In this document: positions 23,233-36,929 of the stretch, piece after piece | Numbering within the stretch: the stretch's first letter is position 1 | How the letters are laid out: each line of letters starts with the position of its first letter | DNA from: Camelus ferus | Lineage: Eukaryota | Assembly (NCBI RefSeq): GCF_009834535.1 | Contig: NC_045701.1 | Location: 5,518,001 to 5,582,000, forward strand | Reading direction: 5' to 3' | Length of the DNA: 64,000 nt | Notes under the pieces: model-generated | Databases searched by the model: none | What the model saw: the letters and a program-made list of their open reading frames with translations, nothing else | Told to the model about the DNA's origin: nothing | Position numbers and translations under genes: made by a program

Positions 23233-24620
23233 GTGATCAAGAGATGGAGGGTGAGCGGGGGTGGCACGGGTGCCATCCCGACACAGCAGCAAGGAAAGGG
23301 CAATGCATGAAGGAATTGGTGCCGCAGCAGGTGGCCAATGCAGGAGGCGTGCGTTTTGTTTTTAATAAAGTCGAAACAAAAACAAAAAGAACAAAACCCA
23401 TTAGAAAATAAAACAAGAACAACTCAATATGAAAATCATAACATATGGTAGGTCTATCAGTAAACCACATTAAATCCTAAACGAAACCAGAGGCTGTCTC
23501 CTGGGGCCGGGGGTGGGGGACGGTTAACAGAACATCTTTCTTTTTACAGAGCTATAATTTAATTACACTGGCGCAGTCAGCCCCTGCGACTATAAACAGT
23601 AGGGAAAACATCCAAGGGCATTGTTTTGGAAGAACAATTTGTGACTACAGTCTGTAACCCTTATCTGGCTCCACCTTTAAACCATTGACTTCCTGACCAA
23701 ACTAGACCACTGGGACATAGATTTCTTGGTGCCATCTAGACTACTCCTGTGGTCTTCCCACTCAAGCGGCCCTCACTGCTCCGAGAGGCTTAGAGAGCGA
23801 GAGCCACATTTTTTATGGGGTGGTTGTGCCAATTCTGCACTTTAGCTTCTGTCATGATGACGGTTTCAGACTTCGCTGCACTTTGGCAGATTGTTTTGCA
23901 GCCATTTATCACTCTCTTCTCCGCCAGCTTGGCCATCGTCCTCACCAACCTCCAGTCCCTTCTCTAGCCCCTTCCACCTTTGATGTATGTATTTAATGCA
24001 TTTTTTTCCCTTACTTTCTCACAGCCTCAGAGCTCAACGTTTGGGATTTCTGAGAGACAGAAGGGGTGTTACTAAAATAAAACCTAAATATCTTAGGGGA
24101 GAAATGCTTAAGTGTAACGACAAAGTGCACTGTCCTTTTACTCCACTCTCACCCCCTGTCAGGACATAGAGCATTGGCCAAGATGATCAGCAACTTAAAA
24201 GAAAAAAATTCCAAACCCTTACAGTGAATTCATACTTGGAGGAAGACTGGTTGTGCCTAAAAACAAGTCCATACCATTGTGACAATACGGAGATATTACC
24301 AAAGATAAAACATACACCATCATTCTCACCTACAACCGACTCACTCACAATGGAAAATGAACCTGCCACACTTCTGAAGAGTGTGCAGGAAAGCCACTCG
24401 GCATCTGCTGTTACAGAAAGAGATGTGCCCCAGCTGGTGGCTGATGGTGAGCAGAGAACTCAGGTCCCAGAGTTTAAGAGCCACAGAATAGAAACCCCAA
24501 AGGGCAGACAGAAAGAATGCACGGAGCAAGGAAGTGTACCAAGGAGATGCCCGTGGACTGGAAAATCATTTTGCCGGGTCAGGATTCAGCCTTAATAATC
24601 AAGTTTAAAACAGAATGTCA

Positions 24621-24713
<93 letters not shown>

Positions 24714-24995
24714 TTATTTCAATCAAAACCAGGAAGTTTTAGATTTCTGGTGGCTGCAAAGACAGGGAAACTAGAGAATGAAAATCAAGCATGGCACCCA
24801 CGAGCTGGGTCCATGGCCACCCGTCACTACAGAGAGTGGCAGCAGCTGGCACAGCTCGCTCACCCCCAGACCACCCCTGAATATTTGGGACTTGGATCAT
24901 CGTAACTTCCAAATGAAAAAAAAATCACGACCGGCTCCATAAAAACAAACTCATTTGAAATCCAGTTGGCTCATCCCAAACACCCCGAATGTTAC

Positions 24996-25058
24996 CTCCT
25001 TCAGCTTGTCAGAAAGGACCTTGATCTCCTCCTCATATTTGTCTTCCTTCTGCGAGTA
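24996..25058 (-). CDS. TPM1: TPM1 exon 7 (YSQKEDKYEEEIKVLSDKLKE)
   Basis: 63 nt; aattacag acceptor; GAG|gtaaca donor. Confidence 0.99.
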
Positions 25059-25515
25059 CTGTAATTAGAAAGAACGTTCCAGATGTCAGGCCACGGCTCA
25101 CCCTACACTCGTGTCTTCTCACACAAAGAAAAGGGCCAGCCCAGCCAACAGACGCTGAGGATCTCCTGGGCGGTAATGGAGCCTCTGATATCAAATGGCA
25201 TACGACAATGCGTTCTCTGTTTTCTCGCCTATTGTTTCACATGGGATGAGAACAAGATAACTTAGCCATTTGGCACTTGGCTTAAATTAAATTGTTACAG
25301 ATGACTCACGTGCTCAACATACAATATATTCTCTATTAAAAAAGAAGAGAATCTGTTATTGATAACCATTAGGAGACGATCGCAAAATAATGCCATTTGC
25401 TGAAGTGCCTAACGGACTACTGGGTTCACTGGCAGGGCCTCAGAAGAGAAAAAGCGGGTGTCTTCTGAGCAGCTCTTAAAAGAGGCCTCTCCCCCACGCT
25501 GTGCTCCTGGCCTAC

Positions 25516-25591
25516 CTTCTCAGCCTGAGCCTCCAGTGACTTCAGGTTGTTCGTCACAGTTTTCAACTCTTCTTCGAGCTCGGCACATTTG
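25516..25591 (-). CDS. TPM1: TPM1 exon 6b, mutually exclusive exon ([25 protein letters not shown])
   Basis: 76 nt; aacattag acceptor after a long pyrimidine tract; AAG|gtaggc donor. Confidence 0.98.
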
Positions 25592-26035
25592 CTAATGTTT
25601 TCGATCAGAGGCAGAGAGGGTGGGAGACAAGCCAAAGGAAGGAGGAGAGAAAAAGGAGAGGGATGGGAAAAAATGAAAACCAAGTCCTAGAGAACAAAGG
25701 GCTGCCTTAAAGGAGCCAAATCGCCGGGTACCAAAATGCTTCGTGTTGCCATGGACACTGCCCTCCGACCTTCCAGCAGCAGGGGGGCAGGGTGACAAAA
25801 CCCAACCACTCTTGGAGGCTGATGATTTGGCTTCTTTTCAGGCTGCACCAAAGAGCATTTATGAAGGAAAAACAAAGGAGTATAAAGGACCCAAAGAAAG
25901 CACTTAAAGCGAGATATAAGACAGCAGAGGGTGTGGTGGAGGCGCAGGCGTTACGAAACGAAGCAGGAGGCACCGGAAGCTGAAAGGCACCTGGGTTGCA
26001 GTTAAACCTAAAACCCACACACGAGCCGTCAGTAC

Positions 26036-26111
26036 CTTATCCTCTGCTGCCATTAGTGCTTTCAAGGTCTGATCCATTATTCTTAACTGTTCTTCCAGCT
26101 GTCGAACTTGG
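26036..26111 (-). CDS. TPM1: TPM1 exon 6a, non-muscle/smooth-muscle mutually exclusive exon (QVRQLEEQLRIMDQTLKALMAAEDK)
   Basis: 76 nt; cactaacag acceptor; AAG|gtactg donor; peptide visible in ORF 25904..26125(-). Confidence 0.98.
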
Positions 26112-26367
26112 CTGTTAGTGGACACAGGAAATGCACAAGGCCATTCTCAAAATCAAGTGTGCAGGTAAGGCATGCAGTGATACACGCATTCACACAGACA
26201 CCCCACACAGGTCCTCCGTGTTCCATACTCGTGGCTCATCCACGTCAAATGAGCACATAAGGAGCCCGGAGCCGAAACAGGTCAATGTGCAGCTGCCAGA
26301 AGGTCATGCTGTTTAGTCACTGCTCTGCAGCACCCCACACACGGCCTCCTGGCGCCAGGTCCGCTTA

Positions 26368-26550
<183 letters not shown>

Positions 26551-27576
26551 TCATCTACAAACAGGAGTATCCTCTTTCCTGTGGGCTGGAGAGAAGCAAG
26601 TCTCCACCAGGAGTGCCAGTGGAGAGGAGACCAGAGGCTTCTGCTCACCAAAGCCCAGAGCGGTCACTTATGAGTGGGCTGGCTCATTTTAAGTCCGACC
26701 CAGGTGAAGCCCATATAATTACACAGCAGTCAGACCAACGTGAGGAAGGAGGGAGAGAGATGAAATCCACAATCTCAAAAATAGCAGTATGATGAGACAT
26801 GCTGCCTTTTATGCTGCAGAGGTGGGGGCTGCAAGACAAGGCTGAAAATAACCCTAAGAACTCCATCAATTTAGAGCTCTGTACCTCAACTTCCTTTTTG
26901 TGGAGGAGGTTAAAAATGCCAACAGAAATAGCATGTGAAGCTGGCGAGATGACTAATGAGGTAAAATCTGTATTCAGTGGAAGAAAGGACCAGAGAGAAG
27001 GGATCCTCTGAAGCGTTTCAAAACTAGTGGGCACAGTGTAACCCGGAGATGATGCTGATGATGAAAATGGTAACAAAGGAGGGTCAATGCCGTTTCAGGA
27101 CAGCCATGTTACATTAAAAGAAAAACTAAAACCTTAATAGTCGTGTCAGCTTTGTTACCATAAGAGGTTGTTTTATGGGGACATGACCAGGAGTGATTCA
27201 TATGTGAAGCTCAGGAGAGAGGAGGACAGACTGAGAGGGGCCTCCGTGAATCCAGGCAGCCAGGGCACGGTCTGCGCCTCTGTCTGCCTGAACTGGGCTG
27301 CATTAGGTGAGTCACACTAGCAGGGACTGTTTGCACGGTGACAGCATGACAGGCCCTTCCACAAGACACCAGAGGTCCAACTCTCCCTTCTCCTGGCCAA
27401 CCCAGTCTTTGGGGCAGGGGCCGGTGGGACAGAAGCTTTTGTCTTTCCCAGTGTGACTGATTGGCTTTAAAGCCTGGGATCCCCTAGCAGGGTCAAAATT
27501 AAGAGCCATTTTCTGGAGACAAAGGGACTCTGCTTCTCAAAACCAGCCATTTCAGCTAAGGAAACAGATGGTTTCA

Positions 27577-27885
<309 letters not shown>

Positions 27886-29896
27886 TCACCGTAACCGGCT
27901 GACGGAAACAGAGCATAGAGCCAGTTTCTATTTTCCAAACCATGAAGCGAGACTTCCCAGAGCTGAAGGTGAAAAAAGACATGCACTTCTCTATCTGCTT
28001 ATTGTGAATGAAACCTCGCACTTCTGGTACAGCTGAAACTGTCCAGGCAGCTAATGGTAAATGAAAAGTACCATATCAGGATCCTGTTTGAATCTGGGAG
28101 GCGTGGAATCAGGAAAAGCCAGCCTGGTTTACTTGCTATATAAATAATGGGATGTCTTTCCCTTTTCTGGTGGGAAGCTTCAGCTTGAAAATGGACCAAA
28201 GTTAGAACAAAAGCAAATCTATCTTCATGTACTTCCTTCCTACAATGAAAGGAGCTGTTCTTATCCCATTAGCCACAAACATAAATGTTAGTTTGAACCA
28301 TACGAAATGGCTGGTATCTGACCACGTCAGACCTATAAAAATAGCAATTTCACATGGGTAACCTAAACACTTCAGATGAGAAACTGAGTTCTGCCTATAA
28401 TGGAACGCTCTCATTACAGAGGTGTCGAGAGACAGGACCAAAACCATCTTCTATGCTGATGCGTATGTTTGAATCCTTCAGCATGGTGGTAAGTTTTGGA
28501 AAATGTTAATTGACCTATGATCTATTACAGATGTAAGGAATAACAAGCTATGTTAAAACGGGATTCATTTACCAAAGCCTAAGTAGGCAGTAAGATAAAC
28601 AAATTACTATTTTTTGAGGAAGCACTACAATATGTTTTAGGACACCTGCGTCTTGGCTGGGCCGTAAATTCTCCGAGGCTTTGGGCAGGCCACACCAGTC
28701 TCTGAACCCTAGTTTTCTCATCTGTAAAACCACGGGACTGGACTAAATGTCTCTAATACCTTTTTACTCCCAAGTCTAACTTTGCCAGACTGCCCTTTAA
28801 GTCCACTAGCAAGTGTCTTTCCGAAGAAGAGAGACACAAAGCTGCTGGTTATGTGTACACTGTAAGAGATGATGACTCATCTTAAAGATTCCAAAACTCT
28901 TGGCCAGAAAAGAAACAGTAAGCAACAGTGAATAATGAGCTGAAAACTTCAGCTAAAGACCTTCTTTAATCCTAAGGCCTGAAGTCACTCTTTATGCGTG
29001 GTGGAGGGGCAGACACGCACCTCCAAGATGGAGAGGTGGACACGATGACTGACTGCATGCAGCTGCCCAGGTCACGGCACAGATACACACTTTCTAGTGT
29101 CTGAGACACCACACTACGTTGTCATCCCTCAAGTGGCAGAGCTCTCTCTAGTCTTGAGGAGTCTTTCTTGGAGTGCTTCCAAGCGATATGAGTACATTAA
29201 CTTGAGCGGTCGAGCATGAGAGAAAATGCCTCCTGGAATACACGATGCTGAGCTGGCCGATATGGCCCTGGGGTTCCTTTACTACCATAAGCCTGAATCT
29301 TGGGGTTATGAGTCAGGTAGAGCCAGGTCACAGGGGGAGCAGGCTCAGAAAACATGTGTATCTGACTATTTATCTGTGCACGTGTGTCTTACCAGGCTTT
29401 ACTAAGTCCAGAACAATGTACTCCTGTGGACCATATTTCTGCTTTATCTGTGCTTTCCCTTCTCCTCACTTGTCGGGCTATTCTACAATCGATGGCCTAC
29501 ACTTTACCTAAGTCTAAGCCGCCCTGGTGTATTTTAAAATAAAGTTACCTTTTTAAAAAACGCACAACTACTCCGGATCAGCAGGAATGAAAGAACCAAC
29601 AAGCATCCCCAGAACCTCCTGTTTACACGTCCAACTCCCTCACTGGGTGGTGAGCTCTCGGAGGGCAGGAATAGGGTCTTTTTCTGCTTAAGAACCTTGG
29701 AGTTTAAAACAGTGCTTTGCACAAAGGTGTCCCGCTAATGTTTAATGAACAAAACCAGTAGCTACGCCTAGATCAAGTGAGGAAATGATCCCATCAAGGT
29801 ACTGGAAACTTCTTCAACGCCCAAGATCAGAGAAGCCCTCCTGTACCACCAGGAGGAAAGGCTATGCTAACAGGCGGGCTGGACCAGGGGTCCTCA

Positions 29897-30088
<192 letters not shown>

Positions 30089-32459
30089 TCAGGAGAGGCT
30101 GAGAATGAAGCCCTGGTGCCAGACAGCAAGCCTGGGCCTCATGCTGAGCTACCTTCACGTGGGTTACAAGCCCTGGTCGACTCTGGAGTTGCTGGACAAG
30201 TCCATCCTGTGATTTCCACAGTGAACGTCCACCCTGGGCTACACACAGACCCCCACACACCATCCTCATCAAGCAGGCGGACCAAACGCTCTCTCACGTG
30301 GTTCCTTTCTTCTATGGGTTTCTCCACGCTGGCTTTACCTGCCTGTTAAAGGAGAGTTTCACTACAGCCACTGCACTTGGTGGGCCTGAGGTGCGGACGG
30401 AGGGACGAAACGGACCTAGCCAGGCTCAGCCACACCACACAAGAGCACTCAGTGACAGTGAGACCCGGTCTCAGGAGTCTCAGTTCTCCTTTCTCCTGGC
30501 CACTTTCTCAAAGGGGCTTTATAAAGAAACTACAATATCTTTAAATTCAGTGGTTCTAAAATATACACCATACAGACACAACAAAACCCAGCAGGCCCCC
30601 TCCCCTTCAGCGACCCCTTTAGAATAACTGGTCACGCTGGAACAGGGCCGACACAAATTTCTCAAGTGTTTTTTAACCTAAGCCTACTGGAATTTCTCAC
30701 AAGTCAAGGTTACTACAAGAAGAGTTTCAGGCTCCTTAGGAGAAAAGCACTGTAGATACTCTTTCTACTTGGTATCTGTCTCTGAAGTAAGATGTTTTTT
30801 TCTTGGGGATGCAGAAGTTACCATTTGTTACTATGCACCTCGGAATACTTGTATGACTGGATGGTCCATTATATACACTTGCATTGGTGGCTGTTTAAAT
30901 ATAATGCATGGAAGTGAAAGATGGAGTCTGCTAATCTGGTCCCCTTTCCTTGTCCACTCTGAATGTGCGTTGGGGTGATGGGGTTTTCAGGACACTTGAG
31001 AGTTTCCTAAAAATCACAACATGCACTTAGGGACCTATGCTAGCTCCATCTACATTCCTGTTTTCCTTACTCAGCATCTTATGTGCAAGGAATTACGATT
31101 CTCTGGACAGAGTATGGGCTCAGTAAATGTCTACCGAATAAAATGAGTAAAACCAACCAAATTTAAACAAAAGCAACTTTCTTAGCTCCTGGACGCATGA
31201 TGTACAGTTGGAAATGCACGTATAGTTAGAGGCTGTGATTATGGCCTTGAACTAAAGGAACATGAGAACATTCTGCTCTTTGCTCATCTAGATTTGTGAG
31301 ATTCTAAAAGCCAAGTTCTGTCTGGGAAATTCTGTCTGGGTGATTAGGGCATCTCCAACCACGGTGAAGGGCTCTCTATAAAAACATTCAAATACACTTT
31401 TATCTTGTCAAAAATTAACTATGTAGTAACAATGGGTTGATAGAGGCAGGGAGCAGGAGGAAATGTGAAATGAAGCCAAGGTCAGTTTACAATTGTACTG
31501 GCTCACAGAGTAAATCATTACAGGTGCACAGCCAGTCAGGGCCCCACCAGGCCTGACTGGCAGATGAATGTTGGGTTTTTCTGGAGAAGGGTTGAAGGTA
31601 ATAGGGGTAACACATATCTTATTTAAAAGATTTTAGCCCCATTTTAAAAAAAACTGGAAGGAGGTATACATTAAGGGTATACTTTTTGGGTCAGGTCAGA
31701 TTTCTTTTCTGTATTTTCCATTTCCAGTAAAATCCTATTTCTTTTATGAACAGGGGGAGAACAAGCCACTCTGAAAGCTGAAACTAAAAGGAAGAGTAAA
31801 ACAAAAACCACTCTCCAAAACACCACCACCAACAAAAAACTCAGTAGAACGTCTAGGTCATGTACTCAAGAGTATTTCCCCCCACCCAACTTTCTTAAAT
31901 ATCTCTCTTGCAGGTGTTGTGGCTGGAGAAATGTCAACAAGATTTTTAAAACGATTTTCACAGCAACCACACTCTAAGTTCCCAGCTGTTTTCTCACTGG
32001 GCCCCAACCTTGAGGACTTTGTACTCATAGAAAGGAGACCATTTATGCTCTGGGGAAAGAAACTTCCAGGTGACAGGCCAGGCTAGGTCCCCAGCCTCCC
32101 ACACAGCTAGGGCGTCGGAGTAAGGAGACGGCTCCCTGTGTTCCATCCTCCTCTGCACAAATGATCTTCCCCCAAGAGAGGCCCCCCCATCAATATGCAT
32201 CTCCCCTCTTACTGTTCTTTCCTTTAGCTCAGACACTTTTATAAACGTCACCAACTCTTTCCCTCCTGGGGCATTCTGCAGACTGTACAGGAGGTTGTGT
32301 CCTAGAGAAAACCAGTCAACAGGCCTCATACAGGGCACCCCAACGACTGGGAGTGGGAACCTGTTCCAGGAGCCAGGCTGAGGCAACACTGAGAACAGAC
32401 CTGTGGGTGGTCTGCAAAACGGGGTCACAGTGGTTTAGCTGGAAGGCCTCGTCCAGCAG

Positions 32460-32665
32460 TTCCCACAACGGGCTGGGTGTCAGAATTCACTAGGAGCTGC
32501 ACATTAAAAATACAAATTTCCAGGCCGGATCCCTAGAGATGATGACTCAAGAGGCCAGAGAGAAGGGCAGGAATCTGCACTATAAAGAAGCAACCAGTCC
32601 CACCCCTCTACCCCACCCACCACCCAGAGAAGCTGGCAAATCCTGTGGGAACCACTCATCTAGCT
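32460..32665. mobile_element. Degraded MER5-like DNA transposon
   Basis: tcagaattcactaggagct...aaaaatacaaatttccaggcc...caggaatctgcac...gggaaccact resembles MER5A. Confidence 0.55.
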
Positions 32666-33354
32666 CTAGGTTAAAGAGAAAATAGAAAAAGGGAGGAAAC
32701 TTTGACGCCAGGGGCTGAAGAGTGCTCAGGTCACATAGCCATTAGCGGGAGAGGAGAGTAACACTCAAGCCCCCTGCTTCTCCTGTGCTGGCTCACCTCG
32801 CTTCTCCAGGCCTCCTGGCACCTTGCGGAAGCCCTGGGGTTGGTGGTTCTCACCTACAGGGTCCTTCTGCCTTCTGATGTCAGAGTGGCAGGGTCTCTAC
32901 AGCAACCCCCCACCCAGCCCACAAGGAAGGTCTTCAGCGAGAGCCAGAAGCCAAGGCCTGCTGCCCCACAGGTTTCAGACCAGACGGGCAGAGGTGCTTG
33001 TAGGCTACAGCCCAGGTCTGAGAGCAGTGTCTGGGGTCCATCTATCTCCACGTAAGCTTCCTCTGGGAAAAATCTGGCTTCTCAGAACTGACCTGGCTGG
33101 TGTGACTGCAATTTGGTTTGGTTCCCTAAAATTCAAGATACACTTAATTCGATAAGTTGATTAAGGGCACTTATCTTTATAGTTTTGTTTTTTTTTTTGG
33201 GGGGGGGGATTATGCTCTGTATTCAAAAGGCCCCCATCTCTCACCTTCACCAGCTTTTATTTCTGGTATATATTCTCTGAGTTCTGAGGTTTATTTAGGT
33301 ATTTTCTAAGGTTCTCTTTAATACAGCACATGGGCAGTCTACTTGACTTAACCT

Positions 33355-33549
33355 AGATAAACAAGATTATACCATATAGCACAGGGAAATAAATACAAGA
33401 TCTTGCGGCAGCTCACAATGAAAAAAAAAAGTGACAATGAATATATGTATGTTCATGTATAACTGAAAAATTGTGCTCTACACTGGAATTTGACACAACA
33501 TTGTAAAATGACTATGACTCAATAAAAAAATGTTAAAAAGAAAAAAAAA
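33355..33549 (+). mobile_element. Young 5'-truncated L1 insertion in a TPM1 intron with a perfect 10-bp TSD
   Basis: GACTTAACCT at 33345-33354 and 33550-33559; AATAAA plus A-tail. Confidence 0.9.
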
Positions 33550-35859
33550 GACTTAACCTGCTGTTGCCTCTGCCAGTACAAACCCCACAGCCACATGACC
33601 ATCTGTTATTTAAAAAGCAGATATAAATAACAAGGCGTTTGGGAAGGGTCAAGACCCCAGAAGCAAATTACTTCCAGGCATGGAAATCACCCTCAGTGCA
33701 CTGGGTTAGCTTCTAACAACAGTGCATGTACCGACACTGCTGGCGAAGTCTCTCAGCCTGGAATGATGGTTTCTTTTATTTCAAAAGTGCTATTGTGTCC
33801 CAACTTGTAATGAGCTACTCAGAAAAAGAGACTGCTATATTAGTAAGGGCTACCAATTGTCTTCCTGCAGATTTGCTGTTAAACCACCACCAGGCACTCT
33901 GCGTTTGTGAGCCGTCTTCGATCTGCGTATGTCTCCCCCCATCCTCTGGCAAGGTACCAGCTACCTACACAGAAAACAAGGGCAGGTGTACCCCAGTCCC
34001 GTCCCAACAAGACACTACACAGAAATCAAGGGCATGCCCACACAATAAAGCAAGATATTACTCCAAATCATATTTAAACAAAAACTTTAACATGGCCTAG
34101 ACTTTCATGAAATCCAGATGTTACAGCCAATACAATTAAAGACAATTTAAAAATAGCAATGCTTTTTACTTCTTCAAAAAAGTTTTCCAGTTAAGATTAT
34201 TAAGGAAAAAAACTGGAGGAGAATAATACTATATCCTAAAAATAAATCCTCTGGAACATATTTTCAAAGTCCTGCCTGAACTGGAGTGCAGCGTGGGATG
34301 ATGAAGGTCAAGCCTTTTTACTGCATGCAAACTGTTGTTGTACAGAGACGGTTGCACCCAGCTTACTGTGGAAGACCAAGTCACTACAGCCAAGTTAAAC
34401 TTCTGCCCTTATATGGTAAGGAAAGGGGGGAAAACACGGATGACATTAAGGGACACTCCCATGGATAAGAGATAAAAACCATCTCCTCAATCTGCACTGA
34501 AGCCTGTAATCCACAAGGCATATTTGTATAATGAGCGAGAGGGATGTGAACGGGGCAGTGCCTTCGCCTTGCCTGTGCGTGAAAGCAGAAAGCCAGAGGA
34601 GACACTCTCATTACTGCCACCCCACGTGAGCACAAAATGCACTCTTAGATTCCTGGTCTTGGAAATAGTTACTAACTTAAAGAGGAAAGGGCTGGGAATT
34701 TTTATAAATTGGTTATTTTCCATGATTTAATAAAGTTGCCAGTTAAGAACCTACAGGCTGCAACTTTAAGTCCCCTCATTTGCTGGGTACCATCCAGAAA
34801 GGAGGAATGAGAACTGGCTTTTTCTTGCTCCCTTTTTCCCTTTGATAAGGACAAAAGACAAACAAAACCCTAGTGGGTCATAAGACCTAGAGTCAACCAT
34901 TACATCAAGCAAAGTAGCCTCATTCCAACATTTTGAAGGGCCCACACACCTTGGAAAAACAAACTGAGAGGGAAAAAAAGGGATGGCTGCTTTTTCCAAG
35001 GTAAGTGCTGGTGTAATAGGGCCAATTAACTACAGCCTGACTGAACCTTTGAGAAACTGAATTCAGGGCCAACTCACCACGTATTTTTTGCAGGGGCTTG
35101 TGACTTTGTCTCTAAACTTTCATCTTTGCTACCAAGAAAAACTGTGACTGCTAGTTTAACTCACAGTTTTGTCTAACAGCTACCAAGAAACCACCTTAAG
35201 TCAGTCACCTTTAAGTTCCTAACATCTTCCAGAAGTTAGGAACAGCTCTCAATTGGACATTCGCTCTTCAATGGTCTGACCCAGTCCTCAAACTGCTGTC
35301 CTAAAAAGTTCCGTAACCGTCCAATCACTTGGATAGACTATTTTCAAAACAGACTTTAAAAAAATTGAACCTATTTAAACCACTTTTAATATAAAGCTTT
35401 GAAAAGAATGAAAACACCATCTTTAGCCAACAGACCCAGGAAGAGTGTGGTTATAAAAACTAAGCCCAAAAGAGAAGGTGAGCGTAGTAGTAACAACGTG
35501 CTCTTCATAAAATTTATCTTCTGTGTCTAACATCGATCACCAGGCCAGGAGTCGATAGAAGGCTCTCCTGTACAGGACCACATACTCCCTTTCTGAGCAG
35601 GGGGAGGAGAGTTCCACAGACTTTCACCACTAATACCTCTTCGACCTCACCAAATATTCCTTCCACCCAGCCGGCATCCTCTCTCCATTCAAGGTGCAAA
35701 AAGAAAAAAAAAAAAAAAAAAAGATTGATCAGAAGCATTTAAATGGAGAGTTTTAGGTTAGAGTGCAATGAGCAGGCCATTTTTAAGACCCTTCGACAGC
35801 TGGTGAATTGTAAGCAAAGGAGTAATGAGGGATGAGGAGGGTGCTACAGTTTTAACACC

Positions 35860-36050
35860 TACTGACAGAGCACTTAGCCTAGTGTGCTAAGCTGCACTGC
35901 AACTTCTCTACACGTGCTTCTTTTCACCTTCACAACAGGCAGGTACTGTCACTACCCTACACTGTACAGTCAGGGAACTGAGGGACTGAGAAGTTAAAGG
36001 ATTCAAATCCTGGCAGCCTGGGTCCAGAGTTCTTGCTCCTATCCATCACG
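35860..36050 (-). mobile_element. MIR SINE fragment
   Basis: aggtactgtcactaccc...ggaactgagggactgagaagttaa...ggattcaaatcctggcagcctgg. Confidence 0.6.
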
Positions 36051-36929
36051 TTCTATTGGTTCTAATGGTTCAAGGACAGCTGCGAGCCAGTCGGAGAGGG
36101 AGCTGGAATTCATTCATCGCCCGGCCAGATTCAGAGACATCCATGGGACCTTTGCTGTCCTGTCCTCTACAGAAATCGATCTTTTGCCTTCTGATTTCCT
36201 GGTTCCTGTCTATTTCATCTGAAACTTCACCTAGTGAGGTGTTCCTCTTAAGAGGTCCTGTTTGCTTCTTTGTATTTTACGCAAAATAGGTCTTATAGTT
36301 TCTGTGGCCAACCATAATGCCATTGCATACACTTAAACATTATGATTTACTCAGAATAGGCTGCTATTAAGCACAGCAGGACCCCATATTACCGCTTGTC
36401 ATAAAATTCCCTAGGGTGTTTGAGAATCTTGATTGAAAACACACACTCAAAATCAACAAACAGCAAATGCTTAAACCACCCCTGAAATCCTGTTCCTGTT
36501 TGCGGGATACTTTGCTTTAGGAGAAAGGAAGGCAGGTATTACACTCAACGTGGGGGAGGGGAAGCTGGCAAGAGAAAACACTCAATGATCGTAGCCATTT
36601 AGCCAACTTTTTTCAAGACTCGGTAACAAAGGAATATATCTATCTGTGTAAGAGAACTTGGTAGGAGGGAAGGTTAAGAAAGGGAAGGGCAAAGGTCCGC
36701 ATATTAAGCCAGAACACGCGCTGTCACTGTCTCAACCACCCCAGAGAAACAGGCTTTCATGAAATCAAGGGTGAACAGGGATGGGGGAGTTTAGCATCCC
36801 CAGGCCCCAAAGTCCGGCAATGCCTCAGACTTGACCTGTGAGCGCCCTTCCCAAACGAACGGATTTCCAAGAGGAGGGACCTCTTCCGTCCCCACCCTCC
36901 TAGTAAATAATGCCAGCGGCGCAAAGTGC

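Noticed and set aside
21226-23411. ORFs spanning N runs
   Set aside because: Artefacts of translating through gaps.
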